NCBI GenBank assembly: GCA_050014195.1
Contig: JBEKDT010000018.1
Coordinates: 1 to 64,000, forward strand
Source: Desulfomonilia bacterium
GTDB lineage: Bacteria; Desulfobacterota; Desulfomonilia; UBA1062
Length of the DNA: 64,000 nt
Direction: 5' to 3'
The position numbers were made by a program, and so were the translations under genes. Of the stretch, positions 8,684-18,871 are shown one piece after another. The notes beneath the pieces are model-generated. The model was given only the letters and a program-made list of their open reading frames with translations, was not told where the DNA came from and did not search any database. Every line of letters begins with the position of its first letter. Position 1 is the first letter of the stretch.

Positions 8684-10960
8684 TTATTTATTTATCATCC
8701 TTGTCCCTGCAATAACCGCCTGCCCCAGTGCCACACCACCGTCATTCGTAGGCACCCTCTGGTGGGTGAAGACTTCGAACCCTGCCTTTTCAAGCTCATC
8801 AATACACCCTTCAAGAAGAATCCTGTTCTGGAAGCAACCGCCCGAGAGGACCACCCGATCGATGCCTGTGCGGTCCCTTAAAAGATCGGCCATATCCGTG
8901 AATGAAGCAATGAGTGTGGCATGGAATGAACTTGCCAGTTCTGCCGTGTCCATGCCTGCGAGACTGCCTTCCACTAGGGACTTGATGGCCGGTATGATAT
9001 CCAGAACGGATGTTTCTCCTTCCTGAACGATATGATAGAGAAGGATATCCCCGAAGCCCGGTCTTGCTGCAGCCTCCAGATCCATGGCCGCCTGGCCCTC
9101 GAAACTGACGGAGCGCTTCAGGTCCAGGATGGATGCAACACCGTCGAAGACCCTGCCCAGAGAAGAAGTGAGCGGGCTGTTTATGCCCGTCTCAAGTATC
9201 CTAGCAAGGCTTTCATACGAGTATCCCTGCGGGACAAGACCGAGCAGAGAAGCCACATCGGCCCATTGATCCCGGTAGGCCGCTTTCAGAAGACTCACGC
9301 CGAAGCGCCATGGTTGCTTGATTGCCGCCTCCCCACCCAGAAGAGGCAGGTATTTCAGGTGGCCGGCCCTTTCATAAACGGCTTCATCCGCAATCAGGAA
9401 CTCGCCGCCCCAGATGCAACCATCCTCGCCGTAACCTGTGCCGTCCATGGAAAGGCCGATGACCCTGCCGGTGATGCGGTTTTCCGCCATGCAGCTCACG
9501 ATATGTGCATGGTGGTGCTGGATCTTGATGACCTCATTGGCGCCGAGCTGTGAAGCAATGCGCGTGGAGTAATACCTGGGGTGGAGGTCGCAGGCAATGA
9601 TTGCGGGCGTGCACTGGGTGATGTGCTGCATGCGGGTCACTGTCTCATGCAGAAAATCTCGGGCAAGGGGGGTCTCCAGGTCGCCGATGTGGGGGCTCAG
9701 GTAAGCGAAAGCTCCTTTGAGGATACAGATCGTGGCCTTGAGATGAGGTCCCAGCGCCATCACCTCGGGTAGTGATTCCTTCAGGAGCACGGGCCTGGGG
9801 GCATATCCCCGTGAGCGCCTTAAGAGGTATGGCCTGTTCCTGGCTACCATGGCCACCGAATCGTCGCAGCGTACCAAGATCTCCCGGTTGTGCACCAAGA
9901 ATGCGTCGGCAATGCCATTAAGACGGCTTACGGCCTCTGCATTTTCGATGCAGATGGGCTCATCCGTCTGGTTTGCGCTTGTCATGACGAGTGCCGTAAA
10001 ATCACTTTTCAGGAGAAGGTGATGGAGCGGGGTATAGGGCAGCATGATGCCCAAGGTGCTCATGCCGGGTGCAACCAGGTGGGAGACCGGGGAATCCCGC
10101 CTCGCGCTCAGCAGCACGATGGGTCTGGATGGAGACAGCAGCAGCTGCCTCTCCTCATCGGATACATATGCGATTGTACGGGCATGTGTGATGTCTCTCA
10201 CCATGATGGCCAGCGGTTTTTCTTCCCGGTATTTCCGGCTTCTCAGCTTCTGTACTGCTTCGTTGTTCGTGGCATCCACACAAAGGTGAAACCCGCCGAG
10301 ACCCTTGACGGCAAGGATGGAGCCTGCCTTTATGCGTGTGATGGTTTCTGTCAGAACATCTTTTGTCGGGATCTTCTTCCCCTGTTCATCAAGAAGGGTC
10401 AGCCTGGGTCCGCACACGGGGCATGCATTGGGCTCGGCATGGAATCGCCTGTTTGCAGGGTCCTCATATTCAAGCCTGCACTGAGCGCAGAGGGGAAAGA
10501 CGGACATGGAGGTACGCTCACGGTCGTAGGGGATGTCCCTGATGATGGTGAGCCTCGGCCCGCAGTTGGTGCAGTTTATAAAGGGGTAGTTGTGGCGCCT
10601 GTCGGCAGGGTCAAAGAGCTCTGTCAGACACTCATCGCACGTGGCGATGTCGGGTGAGATATGCACGTCGGATCTGCCGGATGAGGCGCTCTCGATGATC
10701 CGGAATACCTGCTCCCCTTCAGGGTCTACATCGAACAAGGTGATCTCGTATATCTCAGCCAATGGGGGTGTCTGAGTCCTGACCTGGGAGATGAAGCCGT
10801 CAATGGCCTCCTGTGGCCCCTCGACCTCGGCAATTACCCCTTGGGTGGAATTGCGGACATACCCAACAAGGCCGTTACTTACAGCCAGGCGGTAGATGAA
10901 CGGTCTGAACCCTACGCCCTGGACGATCCCTGAAAACTGATAACGGGCCCTTCTGGTCAC
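8684..10960 (-). CDS. hypF: carbamoyltransferase HypF (start uncertain: GTG 10960 overlapping hypB stop, or ATG 11002)
   Basis: Acylphosphatase GIVQGVGFRPF, zinc fingers (CTNCGPR, CPVCGP), KGLGGFHL, QHHHAH, NDGG. Confidence 0.96.
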   Translation of the reverse strand: MTRRARYQFSGIVQGVGFRPFIYRLAVSNGLVGYVRNSTQGVIAEVEGPQEAIDGFISQVRTQTPPLAEIYEITLFDVDPEGEQVFRIIESASSGRSDVHISPDIATCDECLTELFDPADRRHNYPFINCTNCGPRLTIIRDIPYDRERTSMSVFPLCAQCRLEYEDPANRRFHAEPNACPVCGPRLTLLDEQGKKIPTKDVLTETITRIKAGSILAVKGLGGFHLCVDATNNEAVQKLRSRKYREEKPLAIMVRDITHARTIAYVSDEERQLLLSPSRPIVLLSARRDSPVSHLVAPGMSTLGIMLPYTPLHHLLLKSDFTALVMTSANQTDEPICIENAEAVSRLNGIADAFLVHNREILVRCDDSVAMVARNRPYLLRRSRGYAPRPVLLKESLPEVMALGPHLKATICILKGAFAYLSPHIGDLETPLARDFLHETVTRMQHITQCTPAIIACDLHPRYYSTRIASQLGANEVIKIQHHHAHIVSCMAENRITGRVIGLSMDGTGYGEDGCIWGGEFLIADEAVYERAGHLKYLPLLGGEAAIKQPWRFGVSLLKAAYRDQWADVASLLGLVPQGYSYESLARILETGINSPLTSSLGRVFDGVASILDLKRSVSFEGQAAMDLEAAARPGFGDILLYHIVQEGETSVLDIIPAIKSLVEGSLAGMDTAELASSFHATLIASFTDMADLLRDRTGIDRVVLSGGCFQNRILLEGCIDELEKAGFEVFTHQRVPTNDGGVALGQAVIAGTRMINK

Positions 10961-11625
10961 GAACGCCTTTGTTTGAACTGCTCGATCCGGTCGGTTATCC
11001 ATGCAAGCCAGTCAGACAGGCCTTCATTTGTCTTGCAGGAGACCTCGAAAATCTTCAAGTTCGGGTTGCACTTCAAGGCATCGGTCTTTGCCTTCTGAAG
11101 GTCGAAGCTCACATACGGCATGAGATCCATCTTATTTATGAGCAGCACGGATGATTCATGGAACATGAGCGGATACTTTGAAGGCTTGTCCGCACCTTCG
11201 GGTGTGGAAAGGATCATGACCTTATCGTTCTCTCCGATCTTGAATTCCGCCGGGCACACCAGGTTGCCCACATTCTCGTTGATGAGCAGGTCCACACCGT
11301 CAAGGGCAAGGTCGGCCAGGGCCTCCCGCACCATGTTGGCGTCAATATGGCATCCGCCACCCGTGTTTATCTGGACCACCGGGATATTCAGTTTTGCCAC
11401 ACGCTCGGCATCGTATGTGTCCTGGATGTCGCCTTCGATGACGGCGATGGAATAGGTATCTTTCAGACCCTCGATGGTCCTCTCTACCAGGGTAGTCTTG
11501 CCTGCACCGGGGGAACTCATGAGGTTGATGACGTATATGCCCTTCTGATTGAACAGGCTGCGGTTACTCTGAGCAATCCTGTCATTCGCATCCAAGACCT
11601 GTTTCACGACGCTGATGGTGGCCAC
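10957..11625 (-). CDS. hypB: hydrogenase nickel incorporation GTPase HypB
   Basis: SSPGAGKT, GGGCH, ENVGNLVCPA, NKMD. Confidence 0.97.
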   Translation of the reverse strand: MATISVVKQVLDANDRIAQSNRSLFNQKGIYVINLMSSPGAGKTTLVERTIEGLKDTYSIAVIEGDIQDTYDAERVAKLNIPVVQINTGGGCHIDANMVREALADLALDGVDLLINENVGNLVCPAEFKIGENDKVMILSTPEGADKPSKYPLMFHESSVLLINKMDLMPYVSFDLQKAKTDALKCNPNLKIFEVSCKTNEGLSDWLAWITDRIEQFKQRRS

Positions 11626-11640
11626 ATCTCCTCCTTTTCC

Positions 11641-12729
11641 TTAATGACACTTGTAGTACGTGGAGCATGTCCCCTCTCGGGATACCATGCAAGGCCCGAT
11701 GGGGTTTTGCGGGTTGCATGCATGCCTGAAGAGCGGGCACTCATGGGGGGTAGCAATGCCGCGCAGGATGGAGCCGCACATGCAGCCCATGATATCGCTC
11801 GATTCCATGATGGGGACATCGAACCTTGCCAGTGCATTGAACGAGGCAAAAACATCCTTGAATACCAGCCCGCTGCCATTAATAACCCCCAGACCTCTCC
11901 ACTCGGCGGGTACGCTCATGAAGACCTCTTTGAGTATTTCTTTAGCCTTGGTGTTACCTTCAGGCTTCACCGCTCGGCTGTACTGGTTTTCGACAGCGAA
12001 ATTGCCTTGAGCGATCTGGCCCAAGAGCATATAAATGCCTTCCAGGATATCTACGGGCTCGAAACCGGTGATGACTGCCGCCTTGCCCCGCTTGGGGATC
12101 TCGGAATAGCCTTCAAACCCGATGATGGTGCTGACATGTCCTGGGCATATGAAGCCGTCAAGGACGAGCTCCGGGTCGTCTAATAGCACATTTATGGCAG
12201 GCGGGATAATCTTGTGCACGGAAAAAACTGAAAGATTTCTTATGTTTTTTTTCAGGCAGGTCTTCACCATGGAGGCCACCGTGGGTGAGGTAGTCTCGAA
12301 CCCGATGCCCATGAAGATAATCTCTTTGGCGGGGTTTTGTGCAGCCACCTCGATGGCCTCAATGGTCGATGCCACCACGCGGACATCCGCCCCTTGCGCC
12401 CTGATCTTCTGGAGGCTGACTCCGCTTGAACCGGGAACACGGAGCATGTCGCCGAAGGTGGTAAAGATGACATTCTTCTTCTGAGCCAGCGATATTGCGG
12501 TATCTACATCCCTGCCCGAGGTCACGCATACGGGACAACCCGGCCCTGAAATAAGTCTGATACTCTCGGGCAGCAGATTCCTGATCCCATAGTGGCCGAT
12601 GGCATAGGTGTGGCTACCGCATACCTCCATGAGAGCAACAGGCCTTCCTATCTGATGAGCTCGTGCATGGATGGCATTCTTCAGGCGTGTGGCGATCTCG
12701 GTGTCACGGTACTCGTCAATATATTTCAT
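11641..12729 (-). CDS. hypD: hydrogenase maturation protein HypD (start trimmed to MKYIDEY)
   Basis: MEVCGSHT, GPGCPVCV, GFETT, PGHVS, GPCMVS.EG.C. Confidence 0.97.
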   Translation of the reverse strand: MKYIDEYRDTEIATRLKNAIHARAHQIGRPVALMEVCGSHTYAIGHYGIRNLLPESIRLISGPGCPVCVTSGRDVDTAISLAQKKNVIFTTFGDMLRVPGSSGVSLQKIRAQGADVRVVASTIEAIEVAAQNPAKEIIFMGIGFETTSPTVASMVKTCLKKNIRNLSVFSVHKIIPPAINVLLDDPELVLDGFICPGHVSTIIGFEGYSEIPKRGKAAVITGFEPVDILEGIYMLLGQIAQGNFAVENQYSRAVKPEGNTKAKEILKEVFMSVPAEWRGLGVINGSGLVFKDVFASFNALARFDVPIMESSDIMGCMCGSILRGIATPHECPLFRHACNPQNPIGPCMVSREGTCSTYYKCH

Positions 12730-12946
12730 GTTCCAAGAGCTCCTTGAGCAAGGCAAGCGTCTCCTGGGCTTGGGCCTCATCCACCTTGTGGATGGCATAC
12801 CCTGCATGGCACAATACATAGTCTCCGAGCCCGACCTGCTCATCGATTATGTCAAGGCAGACCTCTCTTTTGGTGCCGCCGATATCTATGAGGGCATAAT
12901 TGTTCTCATCAATGGTTATGATCTTCCCGGGAAAACCTATACACAT
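12716..12946 (-). CDS. hypC: hydrogenase chaperone HypC
   Basis: N-terminal MCIGFPG, GDYVLCHAGYA. Confidence 0.96.
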   Translation of the reverse strand: MCIGFPGKIITIDENNYALIDIGGTKREVCLDIIDEQVGLGDYVLCHAGYAIHKVDEAQAQETLALLKELLEHEIY

Positions 12947-12958
12947 CTTAGAAACCTC

Positions 12959-13303
12959 CTAGTCTACCTCCATCTCCACGATCCGTAAATCTTCAGTCCC
13001 TCCCTTCAGGACTACATCATTTGAGCTGCAGAGAGGGCATGGTGAAGGAAATTCTTCTACTGCAGAGTCGCCCCCGCAGTCAAGACACGATACGATAATG
13101 GGTGTAATATCATACTCAAGCTGTGCCCCTTGGGCCAGGGTATCCTTGGAGAGCACCTCAAAGGCAAATTCAAGGGCCTTCGGCTCGATGCAGCTCAGGG
13201 CGCCAAAGGAAAGCTTCACAGCCTTAACACTGGTGAAATGGTGATTGCGTGCATATTCAAAGATGATATCCATGATGGATGCAGTGAGTGACATCTCGTG
13301 CAT
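12959..13303 (-). CDS. hypA: hydrogenase nickel chaperone HypA
   Basis: MHEMS start, two CxxC motifs. Confidence 0.96.
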   Translation of the reverse strand: MHEMSLTASIMDIIFEYARNHHFTSVKAVKLSFGALSCIEPKALEFAFEVLSKDTLAQGAQLEYDITPIIVSCLDCGGDSAVEEFPSPCPLCSSNDVVLKGGTEDLRIVEMEVD

Positions 13304-13797
13304 CAGGTGTGTACCTCACCTGGGTTGAGCCCGAGCTTTGCGAGCTCCTGGAGCAGGAGTGTCTCCATGGCGGGGAATGCTTCCGTCATCTTCGGTGTCA
13401 TCTCAAGCTCCATGGTTCCGTAACTCTCAGGTATGATGCACAGGAAGATGACTTCAGGCAACTCACCCATAAGATCGGCCATGGAAAGCACATCCGGGAA
13501 TTCCACCTCATGGGCGGTGGTGGGGTCCGGCATCCTGAGCATCATCTCTTCCTGGGTAAAACGATACATAGCGCCGGGTTCCTCATCGAGCTTGATGACA
13601 TCGACAGCGATGAGGTAGCTGGAGCTTGTGACGATGTCCAGAAGACGGTATCCCAGGGTGCCGCCATCGAGTATGCGCACGGAATCTTTGAAATCGTGCC
13701 TTTCTAAAAACCACTTGATGAAGTGGACCCCGAAACCCTCATCCTTCAGCAGGATGTTGCCGAGACCGAGGACCGTTATCTGCTTTGTATCCGCCAT
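13303..13797 (-). CDS. hydrogenase maturation protease (HyaD/HybD family; start trimmed to MADTK)
   Basis: LGLGNILLKDEGFG, DGGT, TAH motifs. Confidence 0.93.
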   Translation of the reverse strand: MADTKQITVLGLGNILLKDEGFGVHFIKWFLERHDFKDSVRILDGGTLGYRLLDIVTSSSYLIAVDVIKLDEEPGAMYRFTQEEMMLRMPDPTTAHEVEFPDVLSMADLMGELPEVIFLCIIPESYGTMELEMTPKMTEAFPAMETLLLQELAKLGLNPGEVHT

Positions 13798-13895
13798 ACT
13801 TTTATAACCTGTCCAGAGTGCATAAAGGGGGAAAGGCCTTAAACCTTCCCCCCTCTTAAATTTCAGCAAGCGGGGTGTTATCACCCCGCCCTCGT

Positions 13896-14630
13896 TTATT
13901 CGTGAGCCTTCCGGAAAACCCTCCCACTTACCATAGATGAGATGGTCCCTTCTTTGAACACGATGTCATACCAGAATGCCATATAGATATGTACCACAAC
14001 GAACAGGATGACGAGCCATGTGAAGACATGATGGATAAACCTCACGGTCGCCAGCCCGCCAAGTGCCTTCTGGAGCGGATGAAGCACGGTATAGAAAAAA
14101 CCGATCACACCGCCGCTGTAGTCAACCCCTGCAAGAATCAGCCCTGTGAGCACAAGAACAAGCAGCATGATCAACAGAGCGCCATATGCAAGCGACTGGA
14201 GCGGGCCGTAGAGGAAGTTGTGCTTGGGCCTCTTTTCAGAAATGAACAGGTAGAACTTGATCTGGGTCCAGAAGTTTTGTGTGTCTGTCCATGCGAAGAA
14301 GTCCTTGAAGTCGGCATGGAACCTGCTGAAGAACATCAGATAGACCCTCCAGATGAACACGAAGGTGAGGATGATACCGCACATCAGGTGTACATACCTT
14401 GCGTAGCCCATCATGAACTTGTTGATGGTCTCTCCGGGCACCACCGCAACCGTGATGGAAGGAGGTATCAGGCTGTTGAAGGTAATGCTGGTGGTCTCTG
14501 CCGATAAATTTGTAAAGGGACGTGCAATATAGAAGCCTGTGATGATCAGCCCTAATATGCTGATGACCATCAGCCAGTGGTTCACCCGTATTGCCAGGCT
14601 CCACTCTTTCGTTACGGTAATAGTATCCAC
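13896..14630 (-). CDS. Ni/Fe-hydrogenase b-type cytochrome subunit
   Basis: RVNHW, YVHL, RFIHH, VHIY heme-ligand His residues in TM helices; follows large subunit. Confidence 0.92.
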   Translation of the reverse strand: MDTITVTKEWSLAIRVNHWLMVISILGLIITGFYIARPFTNLSAETTSITFNSLIPPSITVAVVPGETINKFMMGYARYVHLMCGIILTFVFIWRVYLMFFSRFHADFKDFFAWTDTQNFWTQIKFYLFISEKRPKHNFLYGPLQSLAYGALLIMLLVLVLTGLILAGVDYSGGVIGFFYTVLHPLQKALGGLATVRFIHHVFTWLVILFVVVHIYMAFWYDIVFKEGTISSMVSGRVFRKAHE

Positions 14631-14650
14631 GTGGGTCCCTCCTTAGTCTT

Positions 14651-16318
14651 TTAGAGAACCCGGAACTTTTTGATCTCGTCCGTGTCGGGCCTGATGATGT
14701 GGACCGCGCATGCCATGCAGGGGTCAAAGGAGTGGATGGTCCTCAAGATCTCGAGGGGCTGATCCGGGTTGGCAAGCTTGGTGCCGATAAGGGATTCCTC
14801 GTACGGACCCCTCTTACCGTCCTTGTTGCGCGGGGCGCAGTTCCAGGTGGACGGAACGATGGCCTGGTAGTTCCTGATCACATGGTCTTCGATGACGACC
14901 CAGTGGCCCAAGGCACCGCGAGGCGGTTCTGTCATGCCGCGGCCCTTGCCCGACTTGGGAACTGCGCAGCGGGTCCAGGTCCTGGTATCGCCGGCCTTGA
15001 TGTTGGCAACAAGCTCACCTACCCATACTTCCGCATGGTCGGCGACAAGCTTGGTCTCCAGCAACCTGGCCGCGGTCCTTCCGAGTGTTGAGAAGAGAAC
15101 GGTGGCAGGCAGGCCTGTGGCCTTCAGTGTATTGTCAACCAGGGGCTTGATCCTCTCGTCGCCCTGGGCATAGCCAAGAACCATACGTGCGAGCGGTCCG
15201 ACCTCAAAGGGCTGTCCGTCATAGTTCGGCGCCTTGCACCAGGTATACTTCTCGCCCCCCTTGACATTCCCTTTTGCATCCAGACCCGTATATTCGGGAT
15301 CTGTTGTTCCGACATAAGGATGCAGCGGCTGATCGCTCTTATACCATGAATGGGTGCTGTCCTCGGCGATCTTGTCCTCGTCAAGCGGCAGGGGTTTCGA
15401 TATGTCGCCCCCGATGATGATGCCCTTGGGCAGCAAGGTCTTGGTATAGCTGTCATCGAGCGGCATTCCGCCGTAGCAGAGGTAATTCTTCACCCCGGCA
15501 CCCACGCCTGCAAGTCCTTCGTCCTTGTAGAAGCCGGCTGCCAGGAGGACATCGGGCATATATGCGGTCTCGATGAAGTTCTTGAGTTCCTTGTACTTGA
15601 AGAGGTACTCACCGATCCTGCCGGCATCGAGCACGTCCATAACGGATGTGACGCCGCCGGCGACCAGCGTCTGCGGATGCGGGTTCTTGCCGCCGAAGAT
15701 GGCCATCATCTGGGCACCGATCTTTGAGAGCTGCAGTGCATCGAGATAATGCGATGTGATGATGAGATTGGCCTCAGGCGAGAGCTTGAAGGATGGGTTG
15801 CCCCAGTACGCATTTGCAAAGGGCCCGAGTCTGCCGGACTCAACATACTTCTTGAGCCGGTTCTGGACTGCCTTGTAGTGGGTTGCAGAGCAGTTGTAGG
15901 GGTTGTCACTGTACTGTTTGGCCAACGCGACCGCCTTATCCGGGTCTGCGACAAGGGCCTTGGTGATGTCAACCCAGTCGAGCCCGTGCAGGTGATAGAA
16001 ATGCATGACATGGTCGGTCATGTACAGGGCCGCGTGGATGAGGTTCCTCACGAGCCTGGCATTGGTCGGCGGCTTTACGCCCATGGCATCTTCCACTGCC
16101 ATGATGCTCGCCTCGTAGTGGACGTAGGTGCACACGCCGCAGAACCGCTGGACCATCAGAGGCGCATCGCGGGGGTCCCTGCCCTTCAAGATCGTCTCGA
16201 TGCCCCTCCACAGGGTGATGCTGCTCCAGGCATCCTTTACGGTATTGTTCCCGTCGAGTTCAACTTCTATACGTAAATGTCCTTCGATCCTGGTGATCGG
16301 ATCAACTATCATTCTCAT
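14651..16318 (-). CDS. [NiFe]-hydrogenase large subunit, group 1 (motifs fit 1b)
   Basis: DPITRIEGH; L1 QRFCGVCTYVH; L2 SFDPCMACAVH plus cleavable C-terminal tail; GGGAGG RBS before 16318. Confidence 0.96.
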   Translation of the reverse strand: MRMIVDPITRIEGHLRIEVELDGNNTVKDAWSSITLWRGIETILKGRDPRDAPLMVQRFCGVCTYVHYEASIMAVEDAMGVKPPTNARLVRNLIHAALYMTDHVMHFYHLHGLDWVDITKALVADPDKAVALAKQYSDNPYNCSATHYKAVQNRLKKYVESGRLGPFANAYWGNPSFKLSPEANLIITSHYLDALQLSKIGAQMMAIFGGKNPHPQTLVAGGVTSVMDVLDAGRIGEYLFKYKELKNFIETAYMPDVLLAAGFYKDEGLAGVGAGVKNYLCYGGMPLDDSYTKTLLPKGIIIGGDISKPLPLDEDKIAEDSTHSWYKSDQPLHPYVGTTDPEYTGLDAKGNVKGGEKYTWCKAPNYDGQPFEVGPLARMVLGYAQGDERIKPLVDNTLKATGLPATVLFSTLGRTAARLLETKLVADHAEVWVGELVANIKAGDTRTWTRCAVPKSGKGRGMTEPPRGALGHWVVIEDHVIRNYQAIVPSTWNCAPRNKDGKRGPYEESLIGTKLANPDQPLEILRTIHSFDPCMACAVHIIRPDTDEIKKFRVL

Positions 16319-16345
16319 AATATTCCCTCCCGTCAACTATTGCTG

Positions 16346-17560
16346 CTATTCGTGCGAACCGTGCTCAGGCTCGGACTTCTTGGGCTGGCCGTGATCCTTA
16401 GCCCCGGTGAGCCCTGCATGGGCGGCTACTCCGACGATGGTGGCAGCGGTCAGTGCCGTGCCTAAGGCATCAACCCTGGCGGTTACACCCCAGCCGCCGA
16501 CAAACTGATCACTGATGGGCTTCTCCAAAGGCGCCATGGTGTCCCAGAATGCCGGCTCGGTGCAGCCCATGCACCCGTGGCCTGCCATAATGGGCCAAGA
16601 CGCCCCGTCGTTGAACCTGACCTTTGCGCAGTTCCCGTAGGTGTAAGGACCCTTACAGCCCATCTTGTAGAGGCACCAGCCCTTCTTTGCCCCCTCATCG
16701 CCCCACTCTTCCACATACTCGCCGGCATCATAATGCGGCCTGCGCTCGCAATAGTCATGGATGCGCTTGCCGTATGCCCAAATAGGCCTTCTGAGATTGT
16801 CGAGCGGAGGCATTCCGCCGAACATGAGGAAGTGCAGCACGGTGCCGACAAAATTCTGCGGGCTCGGCGGGCAGCCTGCAATGTTGACCGTCGGAACACT
16901 CAAGGCATCAAGGATGCCCATGGCATTCGTGGGATTGGGTTTGGCGGCCTGGATATTCCCGAAACATGAGCAGCTGCCGATGCAGATGGTCGCTGCAGCC
17001 TTGGCAGTGACCTCTTTGCCGATCTCGATGGCGGTCTTTGCCTTGGGGCCGAGCCTCAGGTACTGGCCGTTCATCCCCATGGGGATCGCGCCTTCGATGA
17101 CACAGACATATTTGCCGGGGAAGTCTTTCATGCACTTCTCCAGGCACTCTTCCGCCTGCTTGCCCGCAGCGGCCATCAGTGTCTCATGATATTCAAGCGA
17201 TATGGTATCCAGCAGGACATCATCCACGTTCGGATATGATGTCCTCAGGAAGGCCTCGGAGCAGCCGGTGCACTCTGCAAAGTGGAGCCATACCACCGGC
17301 AGCCTGCTGAAGTTTTCCGCCGCCCGGGCAACCATGGGCCTGAAGATCGGCGGCAGCATCAGTGCTGCGGTCATTGCGGAAGTCCACTTCAAGAAATCCC
17401 TCCTGGTTACGCCCCTCTCCTTGAGGACCTCGCCGAAGTCCTCCCGGGCCTTGGGCAGTTCCTTGTCCATGAGATCCATGTGAACCTGGCACTGCTCCAT
17501 CAGCTCTCTGTAGTACCCGCTGATCCTGCTGCGGTATTGCGCATCCCGATCTTTACCCAT
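16346..17560 (-). CDS. [NiFe]-hydrogenase small subunit with Tat signal and C-terminal membrane anchor
   Basis: RRDFLK twin-arginine motif, ECTGCSE, GCPP, HDYC, CLYKMGCKGP, GHGCMGC; hydrophobic C-tail. Confidence 0.96.
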   Translation of the reverse strand: MGKDRDAQYRSRISGYYRELMEQCQVHMDLMDKELPKAREDFGEVLKERGVTRRDFLKWTSAMTAALMLPPIFRPMVARAAENFSRLPVVWLHFAECTGCSEAFLRTSYPNVDDVLLDTISLEYHETLMAAAGKQAEECLEKCMKDFPGKYVCVIEGAIPMGMNGQYLRLGPKAKTAIEIGKEVTAKAAATICIGSCSCFGNIQAAKPNPTNAMGILDALSVPTVNIAGCPPSPQNFVGTVLHFLMFGGMPPLDNLRRPIWAYGKRIHDYCERRPHYDAGEYVEEWGDEGAKKGWCLYKMGCKGPYTYGNCAKVRFNDGASWPIMAGHGCMGCTEPAFWDTMAPLEKPISDQFVGGWGVTARVDALGTALTAATIVGVAAHAGLTGAKDHGQPKKSEPEHGSHE

Positions 17561-18002
17561 AATACCCCCTCTGCGACATTATCTTTGCTTTGAGTTCTTT
17601 TTTCTCTAGGCGAGCTGCCCGGGTATGACCATACCTCGTCCCTTAAGTAGCCCCCCTTCCAATCCACGATCCCTTTTCAGGGACATCCAATGATAAACCA
17701 GAAATGAGAACATTGGTCAATCATTTTTCTTGTTTGTAACCCTAGATTTTCGCAGTTACTGGTCTTAGTGCACAGTTGTTGAAAGATTCATTAGGCGCTC
17801 CGCATCGTTAGATCGGAGGCCGGGCCGACCCGGCATGCCTCTCTTTACACGTTATCCCCTCGGTGCTAGAATGATTCCTTGTGGCAAAGAAAAATGAAAC
17901 CCGCGTAGTGGGTCAGTTTGAATTCAAAAGATCCAGAATCGGTAAAAACTCAGACTTGACAAGAAAATGAATAACCCTAGTATCTTAAGGTTCATTCCGG
18001 CC

Positions 18003-18416
18003 TTAGTCACGATCCGGCGAGATGATCTCAACGGTTGGGAAATAGGAACTGATCCTTGAGGTATCCCGGGTAACGAGGGGATATCCTGCAACCGCAGCAT
18101 GGGCTCCGATAAAGAAATCCGGCAGGGGAGAAACCTTGTTCCCCTTTCGCTTACGGTATTTCAGGAATGCCTTCCCGGCAAGAAATAAAGCCTCCCTGGG
18201 GATATCCTCCAGGACAAGGCCACACCCTAAGATCACCTTCTCCACCTCTTCAATCTTCCGGAACCCGATGGATACCTCGGCATAGATAATCGGGTTGATG
18301 CAAAGGATGTGTGAAGACCGGTAGTAGTCCAGCATGTACTCAGACCAGTCTGCCCAGTTGGCATCATCCTCGAACACATCGAGCAGAACGTTTGAATCCA
18401 CCAGGATGCGGCTCAT
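18003..18416 (-). CDS. vapC: VapC-family PIN toxin
   Basis: ILVDSNVLLD, IIYAE, PDFFIGAHA, LVTRD. Confidence 0.92.
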   Translation of the reverse strand: MSRILVDSNVLLDVFEDDANWADWSEYMLDYYRSSHILCINPIIYAEVSIGFRKIEEVEKVILGCGLVLEDIPREALFLAGKAFLKYRKRKGNKVSPLPDFFIGAHAAVAGYPLVTRDTSRISSYFPTVEIISPDRD

Positions 18417-18640
18417 TCGATTGATCTCGTGAGCTTCATGATCTCCTCCGTGCTCATCTTCACGGTTGCACTCCCGCGGAATTTTCTGAATCCGCTCTTT
18501 GTTTGTTTTGGGGTTTTCTTCTTTATCAGCAGGACGTTTCCATCCCGCTCAACAAAATCAACCTCAGCGCCGGGCCTGATGTTCATCTTCTCCCGAATTT
18601 CCTGGGGGATAGTTACCTGGCCCTTAGTTGTGATCCGCAT
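18413..18640 (-). CDS. AbrB/MazE/SpoVT-family antitoxin (start trimmed to MRITTKGQ)
   Basis: TTKGQVTIP swapped-hairpin motif; AGGAGG RBS; 4-nt overlap with PIN gene. Confidence 0.92.
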   Translation of the reverse strand: MRITTKGQVTIPQEIREKMNIRPGAEVDFVERDGNVLLIKKKTPKQTKSGFRKFRGSATVKMSTEEIMKLTRSIE

Positions 18641-18753
18641 ACATACCTCCTGTATGTGTAATACCGGTAATAGTAATACTAGAATAACCCCCACCTAGGA
18701 TTGTGTCAAGACCGCGTTACGAACCAGATTATCGAGATTGAAATAGTTTGCGG

Positions 18754-18819
18754 GGTGGGTGAAGTAAAGCGTAACCACCCACCTTTTCTTCGCGGGCAAA
18801 CCTACAGGCTTTGCCCGCG
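18754..18819. repeat. two adjacent hairpins, degenerate REP-like
   Basis: GGTGGGTG..CACCCACC and CGCGGGCAAA..TTTGCCCGCG. Confidence 0.45.
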
Positions 18820-18840
18820 GCACATAATGAAAAGTCATAG

Positions 18841-18866
18841 AAGGGGGCCGGGCTGCAGGCCCCCTT
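18841..18866 (-). terminator. probable terminator of sodB
   Basis: AAGGGGGCC-N8-GGCCCCCTT 5 nt past the stop codon. Confidence 0.7.
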
Positions 18867-18871
18867 GAGCA

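Noticed and set aside
14690-14735. Possible selenocysteine ([NiFeSe]) hydrogenase
   Set aside because: The DPC codon is TGC (Cys); no in-frame TGA
16940-17290. O2-tolerant 6-Cys proximal cluster
   Set aside because: Motifs are CTGC and FGNIQ, not CTCC and WGCVQ
18791-18819. c-di-GMP riboswitch (GGGCAAACC seed)
   Set aside because: Simple hairpin without the GAAA tetraloop/receptor second stem; lies downstream of sodB
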